This document shows positions 26,827-38,580 of a DNA stretch of 64,000 nucleotides, in pieces. Position 1 is the first letter of the stretch. Each line of letters begins with the position of its first letter. The DNA comes from Mustelus asterias (lineage: Eukaryota): positions 8,804,001 through 8,868,000 of the forward strand of contig NC_135830.1 of the NCBI RefSeq assembly GCF_964213995.1, read 5' to 3'. A program made the translations under genes and the position numbers. The notes under the pieces are model-generated. The model was not told the DNA's origin, did not search any database, and saw only the letters and a list, made by a program, of their open reading frames with translations.

Positions 26827-27149
26827 TAGTTTTGGAAATTGCCTGTGTTCAAACTGACATATACCCCTTCCTCTCTCCAACTCACTGTCCCTCACTCCAC
26901 AAAACGAAGATTAGTGACTTTGCTTCAAAAATACCTCCGTAATGAATACTTACTGAATGACCAGGAAACTCTCAATGTGATTACAAATTCAAATAATTGC
27001 AACATTGACTAATTGAAGGGTCATACATTAATAGCAAAAGTTGGCCATTCGGGCCCTGACGTCTCCTCCATCATTCTCTGAGATTACAGATGATCTGGTT
27101 GTGGTGCTCGCTCTATTTTGCACATCCTCACTCCGCCTGTCGATCACCC

Positions 27150-27790
27150 ACTCCCTGCCCATTTTCCCCGACTCTCTGCCCTTTCCCCTGGCTCTTTGCC
27201 ATTCCCTGTGGCTCTTTTCCCCTTTCACCCGGCTCTCCGCACTTCCACCTGGCTCTCTACACTTCCCTCCAGCTCTGTGCCCTCTCCCCCTGCTATCTGT
27301 CCTTTCCCTCAGCTCCCTACCCTTTCCCCCGGCTCTCTGCCCGGTGTCCCTGCTCCCTATCCACTTTGCCCTTTCCCCAGGCTCTCTGCCCTTTCCCCCT
27401 GACTCTCTGCCTTTCCCACTGACTCTCCGCCCTTTCCTCTGGGCTCTCTTGCCCTTTTCCTCAGCTCTCTGTCCTTTCCCCGGCCTCCCTGCCCTTTATC
27501 CTGGCTCTCTCCTCTTTCCCTGGTCTCTCTGCCCTTTCCCCCATCTCTCTGCCTTTGTCCTGGTTCTCTGCCCTTTCACCTGGCTCCCTGCCCTTTCGAT
27601 TGGCTCTCTGCCCTTTCTCCTGGCTCTCTGCCCTTTCTCCTGACTCTCTACTCTTTCCCCCGGCTCTCTGCCCTGTTGCCCGGCTGTGGGCCCATTCCCC
27701 AGGCTCTCTGCCCTTCCCCCCCGGCTCTCTGCCCTTTAGCACGCCTCCTGTTCTCCACGGCTCTTTGCCATTGTCCTTGGCCCTGAGCCC
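27150..27790. repeat. ~20-bp tandem array (plus consensus ~GGCTCTCTGCCCTTTCCCC), G-rich on the IgM sense strand
   Basis: Roughly 30 imperfect units read directly from the sequence. Confidence 0.9.
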
Positions 27791-27899
27791 CCAGGGATTC
27801 CCCCCAGCTCTCCACATTCGCAGGGCAGCTCCCACATTTTAACACCAAACTGCCGCTTGAGATCTTTCTTCTCTCTCGTTGCAGACCTCCACACACAGG

Positions 27900-29395
27900 T
27901 TAGCGAGTGTGAGTGAGAGAATGTGAGTGCGTGAGGGTGAGTGATTGAAGGAGTGAGAGTGGATGAGTGATGGCGTGTGAGTGACGGAAGGTGGGTAAGT
28001 GAGGGTGAGTGAGTGAAGTTCTTTCAGTGAGGATGAGTGATTGAGGGTGAGTGAGTGAGTGTGGGTGAGGGTGAGAGAGCGTGAGTAAATGAGGGTGTGT
28101 GAGAGAGGGTGGGTGAGTGAAGGTGGCTGAATGTGTGAGTGAAGGTGGGTGAGTGAGTGTCGGTAAGAGAGAATGAATGAGGGTGAGTGAGTGAGGATGC
28201 GTGAAGGTTAGTGAAGGTGGGTGAGTGAGAGCGAGTGAATGAGGGTGAGGAGTGAATGTGACTTAGTAAGTGAGGGTGAGAGAGTGAGTGAGTCAGGGTG
28301 TGTTATTGAGGGTGGTGTGTGAGAGTGTGAGGGAGAATGAATGCGGATGGGTGGATGAGTGAAGGTGAGTGAGTAAAGGTGTTTGACTGAGGATGAGTGA
28401 TTGAGGATCTGTGAGTTAGGGTGGGTGAACGTGAGTGATGGTGAATATGTGAGGGTGTGTGAGTGAATGTAGGTGCGTGAGTCTCAGTGAGTTTGAATGT
28501 TTGAGGTGGCGTATGTGAGAGAGAGAGGGTGATTGAGCTTGAGTGTGTGGGGGTGCGTCTGGGTGAGTGAGGGAGGATAAGTGCGGTGAGTGAGTGAGGG
28601 TGAGTGAGAGAGATTGAGACTGGGTGAGTGAGGGAGGGTAAGTGCGGTGAGTGAGTGAGAGTGATTGAGACTGGATGAGTGAAGGTGGGTAAGTGGGGTG
28701 AGTGAGAGTGAGTTAGACTGGATAAGTGAGGGTGGGTAAGTGGGCTGAGTGAGTGAGACTGGGTGAGTGAGGGTGGGTTAGTGGGATGAGTGAACGAAGA
28801 TGACTATGAGTGTTGGTGAGTGACTGAGGCTCTGAGTGAGTGACTGAGGGTTAGTGAGTGAAGTTGAGTGAGTGATAGCGTGTGAGTGTGGGTGACTGAG
28901 TGACAGTGAGTGAATGAGGATGAGTGAGTGAGGGTGTGCGAGGGCGAGTGAGTCTGAGTCAGTGAGTGAGTGCTGGTGAGTGAATGAGGGTGTGAATGTG
29001 AGTGAATGAGGGTGAGTGAGTGAGGATGGGTGAGAGTGAGAGAGCGAATGTGTGTGAGTGATTTTGAGTGAGTGAGGGTGTGAGGGTGAGTGACTCAGGG
29101 TGAATGAGGATCAATGAGTTTCTGAGGTTGAGTGCGTGAGATTCAGTGTGTGAAGTTGAGTGTATGAGATTGAGTGTGTGAAATTGAGTGTGTGAGGGTG
29201 GATGAGTGAGCAAGGGTGAGTGAGTTGGGATGAGTGAGTTGGGATGAGTGAGTTGGGATTTGTGAGTGGGGATGAATGAGTGAGAGTGTGTCAGCGAGGG
29301 AAGGTGGATAAGTGAGGGTGAGTGAGTCAAGTTCTTTGAGTGAGGATGAGAGATTGAGGGTGAGTGAGTAAGTGTGGATGAGGGTGAGAGAGTCA
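27900..29395. repeat. (GAGT)n/(GAGGGT)n degenerate simple repeat
   Basis: Continuous gagtgagtgagggt-type low-complexity tract. Confidence 0.9.
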
Positions 29396-29964
29396 GTGGG
29401 CCACCTCCACCTCTTCCTCTCCATCGATCTTTTCCCGATTCTCCACATTGATCAGCTTTCAGTAACAGGGATGTGTAAATCACCGGGCAGCTGCTTTAAT
29501 GTCGGTGTCTTTCTTCAAGAAACACGTACCAGTGAACAAATAGTCAGACTGAGGGAGCTGTAGGGAAGCTGACAGCAAAACTAGGATGGGTCGCACAGGA
29601 ATCAACCAGTATTGGGAGCCAGGCGGCCTTGGTCTCAGCCAATTCCCTTCTTATTTTTTGGGTTTTTGTGTCCGGTGTAACACATGGAAATTCCTACTTC
29701 TGACCTCATGTTGGAGGGAATGTCACTGTTGAAGCAGTAGAAGATTGTTGGTCCCGAAACAATCCCCTGCCGAAATCCTGCAGTGAAATCTGAACTTAGA
29801 TGTTTGACCTCCAACCACCAATACCATGTTGCTTTGTGCTAAGTATGACTCCAAACAGAGAAGAATTTCCCGCCGATTCTTATTGACTAGTTTTACTCGG
29901 GCCCCTTGATCCCACCCTCATTCAAATGCTACCGGGGTGGGGGGCGTATCGGGGTGGGGGGGGG

Positions 29965-30290
29965 GGGGTGGCGGTGGCAGTGGCACAGTGATTAGCGCTG
30001 CTGCCTCAGAGTTGGATTCCCGACTTGGGTCACTGTCTGTGTGGAGTTTGCAAGTTCCCCCCGTGTCTGTTTGGGTTTCCTTCGGGTGCGCCTGTTTCCT
30101 CCCACAGTCCAAAGATGTGTGGGTTCGGTGGATTGGCCGTGCTAAATTGCCCCTTTGTGTCAGGGGGACTAGTTAGGGTAGATACATGTGGTTATGGGGA
30201 TAGGGCTTTGGTGGGATTGCTATTGGTGCAGACTCGATGGGCTGAATGGCCTCCTTCTGCACTGTAGCATCCTATGATTCTACTCTATGG
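29965..30290 (+). mobile_element. HE1-like SINE with CR1-type tail, preceded by a G-run
   Basis: gtggcacagtgattagcgctgctgcctcag...gggtcactgtctgtgtggagtttgc...ctgcactgtagcatcctatgattc. Confidence 0.8.
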
Positions 30291-30310
30291 TGTCAAGGAC
30301 AGACACTCTG

Positions 30311-30485
30311 NNNNNNNNNNNNNNNNNNNNNNNNNNNNNNNNNNNNNNNNNNNNNNNNNNNNNNNNNNNNNNNNNNNNNNNNNNNNNNNNNNNNNNNNNN
30401 NNNNNNNNNNNNNNNNNNNNNNNNNNNNNNNNNNNNNNNNNNNNNNNNNNNNNNNNNNNNNNNNNNNNNNNNNNNNNNNNNNNNN
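30311..30485. other. Assembly gap (175 N) inside the J-C intron
   Basis: Run of N characters. Confidence 1.
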
Positions 30486-30977
30486 TGATAGAATGCGTTT
30501 GCACGTGTGTGAGACAGTGGGCTGCGCGTGCAAGAGGAGAGAGTGTGTGTGAGAGAAAGGATGTGTGAGATAATGTGTGTGTGAGAGACAGAATGTGTGT
30601 TTGAAGAGTTATTCTTTGTGTGTGAGAGTGTGTCTCTTCTTGAAAATGTATGTGTGTGGAGGGGCGGGGAGAGTGTGTGTGGGGAGTCTGTGTGAAAGAG
30701 TACTTCTGTGTGTGAGTGTGTGTATGTTGATGTGAAAAGGAGTGTATCTATTTGAGATACACGATGTCTGTGAAAGAGAGTGTGTGTGCCTGAGAGGGAG
30801 GTTATGTGTGAGGGAGAGTGTTGTGTTCATGTGAAAGACAGTGTGTGTGAGAGGGAGTGCCTATTGGAAAGCAAAATAATATGTTCATCAGTGTGTGAAA
30901 CTGTGCATGGGATGGCGTGTGAGTGCGAAAGATGTGTACAATGTGTGTGGGAGATAGAAGCAATGTGGGGTGTTTGA

Positions 30978-31008
<31 letters not shown>

Positions 31009-32440
31009 GAGGGGCGGGGAGAGTGTGTGTGAGCGAGAAAAAGTGTGAAACTTAGACAGAATGGATGCGTGAGTGTGTGTGAGTGAAATGACTGTTGAGA
31101 GAACATGTGTCTGTGATAGGTGGAGTGTTTAAAGAGCGATACATTGTATATACATGTGTGTTCGAGTGTAAGAGAAGGAGAGACTGTGTGAGAGATTGTG
31201 TGCGTGTGAAAGAGAGGGTGTTTGTGAGAGACAGGGTTTGAGAGCAAGATTGTGCATGTGAGACAATGTGTAAGGGGGAGGGTCGGGATGGCGACCTCCT
31301 CGTGAACCTGCTCCTGGGCCTGGCGAAACGCGCCATTTACCGGTCCAGGCTGCGGGCGATCGAGGGGGCCGTCCATCCTGACTGTCTTCCCCTCTACCGC
31401 GGCTACGGTCGCGGCCAGGTGTCCCTGGAGAGGGAGCATGCGGTGTCCACGGGCGAGGTTGACGCTTTCCGCGCCCGCTGGGCACCGCAGGGGTTGGGGT
31501 GCATTATTGGCCCTAATAATCACATTTTAATTTGATGTTTTTAAGTTTCCTTTGTACTTTGATTTCTGTTCGGGCTGTTCCCCCTCCTTTTTGGGGAGCT
31601 GCCCCTTTTACTTTGTCCTGATTTAATCTGAGTTTGTTTACTTGGTTTGGTTTGACCTAAAAAGAGGACAATGTGTAAGGGAGTGAGCGTGTGAAATAGA
31701 GAGAAATATGTGCCTGTGTGAGAGAATACATGTGCAAGTGTTCGTATGAGTGAGAGAGGGCATCGGAATGTGTGTGAGACGAAGTGAGAGTGTACGGAAG
31801 AGGGAATGTGAGAGGCATAGTGCATGTGTGTGTGAGAGAGCGAATGTGTGCGCGAGACTGTGCTTATGGGAGAGACTGTGTCTGTGTGTAAGAGTGTGTG
31901 TTAGAGTGTGTGCCTGTTCTATGTTTGTGAGAGAGTGATTGTGAGAGAGCCAGTGTGTGAGAGCAAGAATGTAGAGGTGTGAGATAGTGTGCGCAAGAGA
32001 AATAGAAATATGTGCGTGTGTGTGTGTGTGAGAGAGAAAGAGATGCGTGTGCGAGAGGAATTGTGAGAGAGCGTGTGGAGAAATGTGAGACAGCTTGAGC
32101 GTGTGTGACAGAGAGTGGGAGAGAGTCCATGTGAGAGTGCGTGCGCGAGAGTGTGAGACTGTGCTGATGTGAGAGTGTGTGTCTGTGTATAAGAGAAAAT
32201 GGGTGGGTGTGTGGGGATGTGAGCGCTTTTGTGGATGGGGATGTGAGAGATTGATGGAGAGAGCGAGACGATGTATGTATTTGTATTGAGAGAGTGTATG
32301 TGTAACGTGAGAGAGAGAATGTGTATGGGTGTGTAAGAGAGACCGTATGAGAGAGAAAGTAAGTGTGAGTATGTATGTGTGTGTGTGTGCATGTGTGAGA
32401 GAATATGAGAGTATTTATGTGTGTGAGAGTGTGTGATGTG
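30486..32440. repeat. (TG)n/(GA)n mixed simple-repeat tract
   Basis: gtgtgtgagagag-type low complexity throughout, except for the insertion at 31277-31666. Confidence 0.9.
31277..31666 (+). mobile_element. 5'-truncated Tx1-clade LINE (ORF2 C-terminus + 3' UTR) with 15-bp TSD
   Basis: GC-rich ORF DLLVNLLLGLAKRAIYRSR...VSLEREHAVSTGEVDAFRARWAPQG; TSD gacaatgtgtaaggg at 31262-31276 and 31667-31681. Confidence 0.8.
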
Positions 32441-32629
32441 TATAAGTCTCTATTTGGCTGATTCAGTCTGGAAAAGCACACTCACTCCACACATACTCAC
32501 CCATTCACACAGTAAGTGGAAGTGACAAGTGAGCACAATACGGAGCGCGGGCTAAGGGTTGGAAAAACATTTAAATCTTTCGCAATCAGTCGCAATTGAA
32601 TAATTCACCCTACTCAATGAGGGAAACCT

Positions 32630-33060
32630 GTAAAAACTCAAGAAATATGACACAATCCAGGGCAAAGCCACCCACAAGATTATCCGCCCCCTCATTCACA
32701 CTATTCGCTCTCTCCATCACTAACAAGCAGTGACAGCAGTGTGTATTATATACAAGATGCACTGCAGCAACTCACCAAGGCTCCATAGTAAACACTGTCC
32801 AAACCCGTTGCCTTTATATCCTAACAGGATAAGGGCAGCAGCCACATATGAAGACTACCACCTGCAAGCTCCCCTCCAAGACACACACCATCCTGACTTG
32901 AAACAATACCTCAGTTCCTTCTGGGTCAAAATCCTGGAACTTCCACCTAACAGCACGGCGGATGCCTGCAGCATATGGATTGCAGTTATTCAAGGATGCT
33001 TTATATCAACACTTTCTCAAGGAACAATTATTGATGATTAAAACTTCTGGCCGAGCAAAT
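32630..33060 (+). mobile_element. Decayed 3' fragment of another LINE family (CR1/L2-related)
   Basis: 'atgcactgcagcaactcaccaaggctcc...ccatcctgacttg...gggtcaaaatcctggaac' is also seen at ~46250, ~60640 and ~61980. Confidence 0.65.
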
Positions 33061-33544
33061 GACTCTAAAATGGGTTTAGAAGATTAAAAATAAGATGCAA
33101 ATGAATTTGACCCTTCAACTGTCATACCAAACAGGTCATGGACTGCTTTACTACGGAGCACAATATAGTAAATCTCACTTTGCATTTGCTCATCGAACAT
33201 TCCCAAGGCCGGTACATCACTGGTTAAAAATCATCCAAATCTCCCTCTACAATCTGACGTTTCTGCTCTCTCTGATGGTCACAATATGCTTTAGGGATCT
33301 CATTTCTGAGACGCCGAGCCAAACATCAAGTCAAACTGTCACATTTCTCACAGATACAAGTTTATTGAAGAAATAAATCAAATTTCACTCCCTGAAATAC
33401 AGCAGAAGGAACCAGAAGTTTTACAACCAGTCAGGCAGATTCCTGGTCCCAACACAGTGACCACGCGCGCAGAAACAGAACAGACACAAACGGTGCAACA
33501 ATCGATTTCCCAGCAGGTAGGTATGATCAATCTGTCAATTTAAT

Positions 33545-35085
33545 TCAAACTGTTTGATTCTAATTGATCAATGATCAATTTGCAACAGAAAATCAATAAC
33601 CTCTTTTAAATAAAACTGATATTCATTTCAAAACTCCTGTCGATTTTAAATTAAGTCTCTCTGTCTGTCTCACTTCTCGAAAACTATGTAAAAATGTAAT
33701 TTCGCTGAAAATTAGGAATCAAAAATAACAGATTCAGGACAGTTCAATGTCCCCGACAGAGATACAGTGACACAGTAAGGATTAAATAAACCAAGAAACA
33801 TTTACATTGAAAATCATTACCTGATTCGATCGAATTTCTTAATTAAATGTAATCAACAAAATATTCGAGATAAAACACCTTATCGAGCTAAGCATAGCTG
33901 ATGAAAGAAAGGTTTTGTCTCTTAATTCATTTTCGATACAATTAAACATTCTCTGAAACGGATGATACTTTGCACGCCCGTGCATTATTCAAGGTATTTT
34001 GTTTTGAATTAATTAGCACCAATATTATATTTTGTTTTGTTAATTGCCGGTTACTTTTCCTGTTAGCTGATTTGTACTCCCTAATAAAATCAGTTTTCAA
34101 TCATTCAAAACTTTCCCTGCCTCGAACATTGTGAAGTAATTAGGTTCCAATTAAATCTTAAACAATAAACTTCAAATTACTGAATGGAAAAATTCAGACA
34201 TCTGTAATTCATTTGCTTAAATCGAATAACATTGTCATGTTTTTTCATTTCCACTTTTACTCCAAATGCCTTATTATAACCTGCAAACGTGTTAAGAATG
34301 CATGTTTCTGAATTTGTATATACTGTAACGGCCTGGCAGTTTGAGGTCAATGAAGCTGCTTCCTAGATTTAATAATTTGGACCATCCATATAATTTAATT
34401 ACTGAACATACTGTTTAAATTAAGAAGTTCTGAATTAAACAATGAAAAACACAATGAGGACAATTGATTCAAATCCTCTGCAACACTGAAACATGATGCA
34501 CAAAATAAGTCGAGACTTTTTCTTCAGTATAATATTTAATACTAATTAAACATAATGCTCAAATAGAATCAATTCTTCCATTCTGTCATTTATTCATCCA
34601 ATAATTCTATTCTATGTTCAGCAGTAATGGGAGACAGGATGTGATTATTAAATGCAGAGCAAATATTACTAATATAAAAATATTATAATATTATAAAAAT
34701 TAATTATTTGAATTTCAAGTATTAAATTGCAAATCTCTAGCCAGTTTCTGTTGACACCTTACGACAATTCAAACACCATTATATGAACAATTGTTTAGTG
34801 TTAGCGAATTCCACCTGTCAGAAAACTGTGTTCACTCTGTCACATTTATTTAAACTGCGGGATTCTAATTGATCAATTTTCAAACTACAACAAAAATCAA
34901 TAACTTCTTTTAAATTAAACTGATATTCATTTCAAAATTCCCTTCGACTTTTAACTATTTCTCCCTGTCTATCTCAAATTTCGAAAACTAGGCAAAAAAA
35001 ATATTTTTTTTCTGAAAATGAGCACATCAGATATAACAGATCCAGGGTGTAATGTCCCTAACAGAGGTACAGTGACACAGTAAGA
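33545..35085. repeat. ~240-bp dispersed direct repeat pair in the J-C intron (33545-33780 and 34850-35085)
   Basis: Shared 'gattctaattgatcaat...aaaatcaataac...aaactgatattcatttcaaaa...tacagtgacacagtaag'. Confidence 0.8.
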
Positions 35086-37305
35086 ATTGTAATTCATGAT
35101 TTACTTTAATCTGCAAGCATCAGTTAACATGAATAAAATGCTCAAATATATATTTGTTTTATTTTTTCCGATACCAGTTTGTTTTATCCTGACAAGGATG
35201 TTTAAACGCAGTTTGTTTTTTTCATTTAGCTCGAAAAACTGTAACCGCTCAGGATCACCGAGTTGAAACAATACAGAAACAATTGAGAAACACCAAACCA
35301 TTTCACAAATTTTGGGATGAGATTAGTGATTAATTACCTCTGCATCCAACTACAAATTACTTGGAAGGAATGCTGCGCCTGCACAGAAACAATGTAATAA
35401 TCGGGCACAAAAATTGCCAAATAGCGTTTTATTGCCAATTATTCTCCAAAACTCAGATTTAAGTGAATGCGAACTTCATCGGGGATATAACAATTAATGC
35501 AAAGTATCTTGTTGAACTGAGCGCTGCTGTGGAAACAGCATGTTATCATGGAAATAGTTTCTGGAATTATCACAAAATATTTCCAGCCGAGAAACCTTTC
35601 TGGTCATGTTAATTGTATGCAAAGCACAGCAGAACTATTAACGCCGATTAATGCGAAATGATATTAATGGAAAATAATCTTTTGTGAATATGTAGTTATG
35701 TTACCGATTAATAACAGTTTGATTTATATTAATTTTACTATCAAACTTGTTAACGAGAAGTTTCTTTTTGCAGCAACTACTTAGTGTCCGATTGAGCGTT
35801 GTAAGACATGATTTATTTTAATTTCTAAGTTAGTTAAAATTTATTAAAATGCTGTAATACCTTTATTTTATTTATTTCACAACCTGCTTATTTTCTCCCT
35901 ACAAGGATTTTCAAACTCATAGATTATTTGCATTTAACCAGAAAACGTGTAACCGCTCACTGCCACCGAGGTTAAACAATGCAGAAACACCAAAACATTT
36001 CACACATTTTAAACATTCTTAGTGACCCAACAACAGAACCTCCTCAACAGAAACACACCAAAACACATCAATGAGGGAATGAATCCGTTTCACGGGGACG
36101 CAACTCAATTATCCATTCAACAAAATCAAAAATATGATTGCAAGGAAATCTCAATATTCAATCCGGCAAACCAGCTCGTCACCAAATATATGAATGATTG
36201 AACTAAACAGAAATTTGGAATAAGAGCAATAGCATTGCGAGGAGGTGGAATATGTCCAACAAATTAAAATTGAAATTTTACCACATTCTATTCATATTGG
36301 GTCATATTTCAAACAGATTTCAAACATATTAAAATATTGGGTGGGTAAAAGCTGCAGCCGTCAGATGCCACCGAGGTTAAACATGGCATGTATCCCAAAT
36401 TGTGAATGCTGTGGTAAACTATGTTTTGGACGAGTGGCATAAACCATGGTTTGGTTTAACCTGCAATTATCAGCTACGATTTAAAAAAATACAAATACAA
36501 TAAAGCCTGCCTGATTTCTGTCTGCAGGCACGCGTCAAGTAGTTTAAAACCCGCAGACTGTTTGTATTCAATCACAAAGTGTGTAACAGCTCAGTGTCAC
36601 CGAGTGGAAACAATGCAGAATCTCCGAACCATTTCACAAATTTTACTTATTCAAAGTCACCCAGCCAGACAACCTCCTCACCAGAAACACGCAGCACTGA
36701 GGGACTGAACCCCGGTTCATGCAGAAGCAGCTCAATTCTACAAACAGTTGCAACAGAATCAAATTTCACATTGGCAGAAAATCTCAATTTAAAATCCAGC
36801 CAATCTGACCATCACCAAAGCAACTAATGATTAAAATAAGCACAACAATGAGATAACAAAACCAGATTGTGATTAAGCGGAACATGTTCGCAACATTAAA
36901 GTAGAAACTTTAACACATTTTGTTAATATTGGGTTAGATTTCAAACACTTGTGCAGTAGATGGTGCAACTCGCAGCCACTAGATGTCACCGAGATTAAAC
37001 ATTGAAGAAACGCCGAACTGTTTAACAAAAGGAATGCATTTAAAGTAACCCAGCCACACAATGTCCTCAGCAGATAAACACCAAATCACAACAAGAGACT
37101 GAATCACTCAGTATCGCCTTTTGTCAATTAACAGTAGAATTCTATAACCCCCATTTTAAGCAGGATCACATGAAACATTGTAAAGATTTTCAGCACAGAA
37201 TCCACCAAACCACATTACATTGAACGAATGAATTAATAAAATCGAGAAAAAGTACAAAACAAAAACTCAAATAAAACACTGACTAAATAAATGCATGGTT
37301 CTTAC

Positions 37306-37353
37306 CTGCAGTCACCGTCACCATGGTCCCTTGTCCCCAGTAGCCCATGGCGT
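37306..37353 (-). CDS. IGHJ: JH gene segment
   Basis: AC GCC ATG GGC TAC TGG GGA CAA GGG ACC ATG GTG ACG GTG ACT GCA G|GTAAG = AMGYWGQGTMVTVTA (WGxG motif). Confidence 0.97.
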
Positions 37354-37392
37354 CACAGTGTCACATTCTCGAGGCTGGGTCATACAATAACC
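37354..37392 (-). other. JH 23-RSS
   Basis: Plus strand CACAGTG (37354-60), 23-nt spacer, ACAATAACC (37384-92). Confidence 0.95.
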
Positions 37393-37719
37393 ATCTCTGC
37401 ACAAAATAGACAGAAATCCATCAGTATTTTAAAAATTCACAAGCCAGAGGGAAAGCAAATCACTGCATGTTCATGAAATTATTATTGCACTGGTGGATAC
37501 CGTTCGCTCTTCGTAAATAACCTTAATGTTTTATATTTCATAGAGGATCACATGATCAAGTTACTGAAAACACCAACTGATAATCAAATAGTTATCATAC
37601 ATTTTCCATATTAATTCTCGCTATTTGTGTAGTGCTGGGACATAAATAATACAGCACTGTAAATAATGCTGGATTGGAAAACAGAGCACTGCCCCAGTCT
37701 CGGTCAATTAGTGCTGAGG

Positions 37720-37788
37720 GGTTTTTGTATCGACAGTAACTGCTGTGCCACCCCAGTTATCACAGTGAGACACAGCATGACAAATACT
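37720..37788 (-). other. D2 segment (ATAACTGGGGTGG, 37748-37760) flanked by 12-RSS on both sides
   Basis: GGTTTTTGT(37720-28)-12-TGCTGTG(37741-47)-D-CACAGTG(37761-67)-12-ACAAATACT(37780-88). Confidence 0.95.
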
Positions 37789-38088
37789 GTGCCCGACTGC
37801 TAACTGTTTAATTTCACTGCTGTCTCAAAAATCTGATTCTGCCTCATCCACGAGCGAGTGACTGAGATATTTCAGCTTGTCCTGGTCATTGTATTTATAA
37901 AGGGGATCGGAATGCTTTTAAACTCTCTGTGTAGATTTAGCATATCGGTAAATATAGATTTTATGGGAAGATTTTTATACCTTTTCACAAACTAACATTA
38001 CTTCCACACATTATTTCACTGAAGCCTCGTTTACTTTGAAACTCCTGCTGTGGTACTGATTACCAATTTGAACAATCTCTTTCCATGA

Positions 38089-38169
38089 GGTTTTTGTATG
38101 AGGATGTCGCTGTGCTCAGCACTGTGACCCCCCTGTAGTATCACAGTGACACACACTCGCACAAAAACT
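38089..38169 (-). other. D1 segment (ATACTACAGGGGGGT, 38127-38141) with 5' 12-RSS and 3' 22-RSS
   Basis: GGTTTTTGT(38089-97)-22-CACTGTG(38120-26)-D-CACAGTG(38142-48)-12-ACAAAAACT(38161-69). Confidence 0.95.
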
Positions 38170-38541
38170 GCACTTACTTTCTGTTCAGTACTGCCGCTCA
38201 ATATTCACTTCAAATAGACCATTATTTGTGATGTAATTTACACTTCATGCAACAGTTTACAAAACACAATCTAAAAACATCTCCTCCAAGTGTCAGAAAT
38301 ACTAAAACGAGCATTATATCCAGGTGTGTAATTGCTGAAACTGTTAACAGTAAATATAAACAGAGTGAAAAGCTCAGCCCGTTATGTCTGTGTGTTTTCT
38401 TGGTTTAATGTTTAATTTTCACTAAGTTGGGTTTGTCAGAAGCGGTTTGTGTTTTCGTTCTGATCACTGTCGTTAGTGTTATATTTAAAACAAGCACTGA
38501 CCTTCAGGTTATGATGGAAGTTGCTGAATTCCCTCTCGAGC

Positions 38542-38580
38542 AGTTCTTGTTCGGGTCCATCCCTAGTTCCTCTCGCTGTG
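38542..38580 (-). other. VH 23-RSS
   Basis: Minus strand CACAGCG, 23-nt spacer, ACAAGAACT directly after YYCARD. Confidence 0.93.

Noticed and set aside
35944-35990. Repeat motif as decayed extra JH segments (minus ACC TCG GTG GCA GTG AGC resembles TMVTVT codons)
   Set aside because: No WGxG codons, no upstream RSS and no GT(A/G)AG donor; the similarity is too short.
35235-37110. CRISPR-like repeat-spacer array
   Set aside because: Eukaryotic context, degenerate repeats, irregular 230-700 bp spacing with homologous spacers, and no cas genes.
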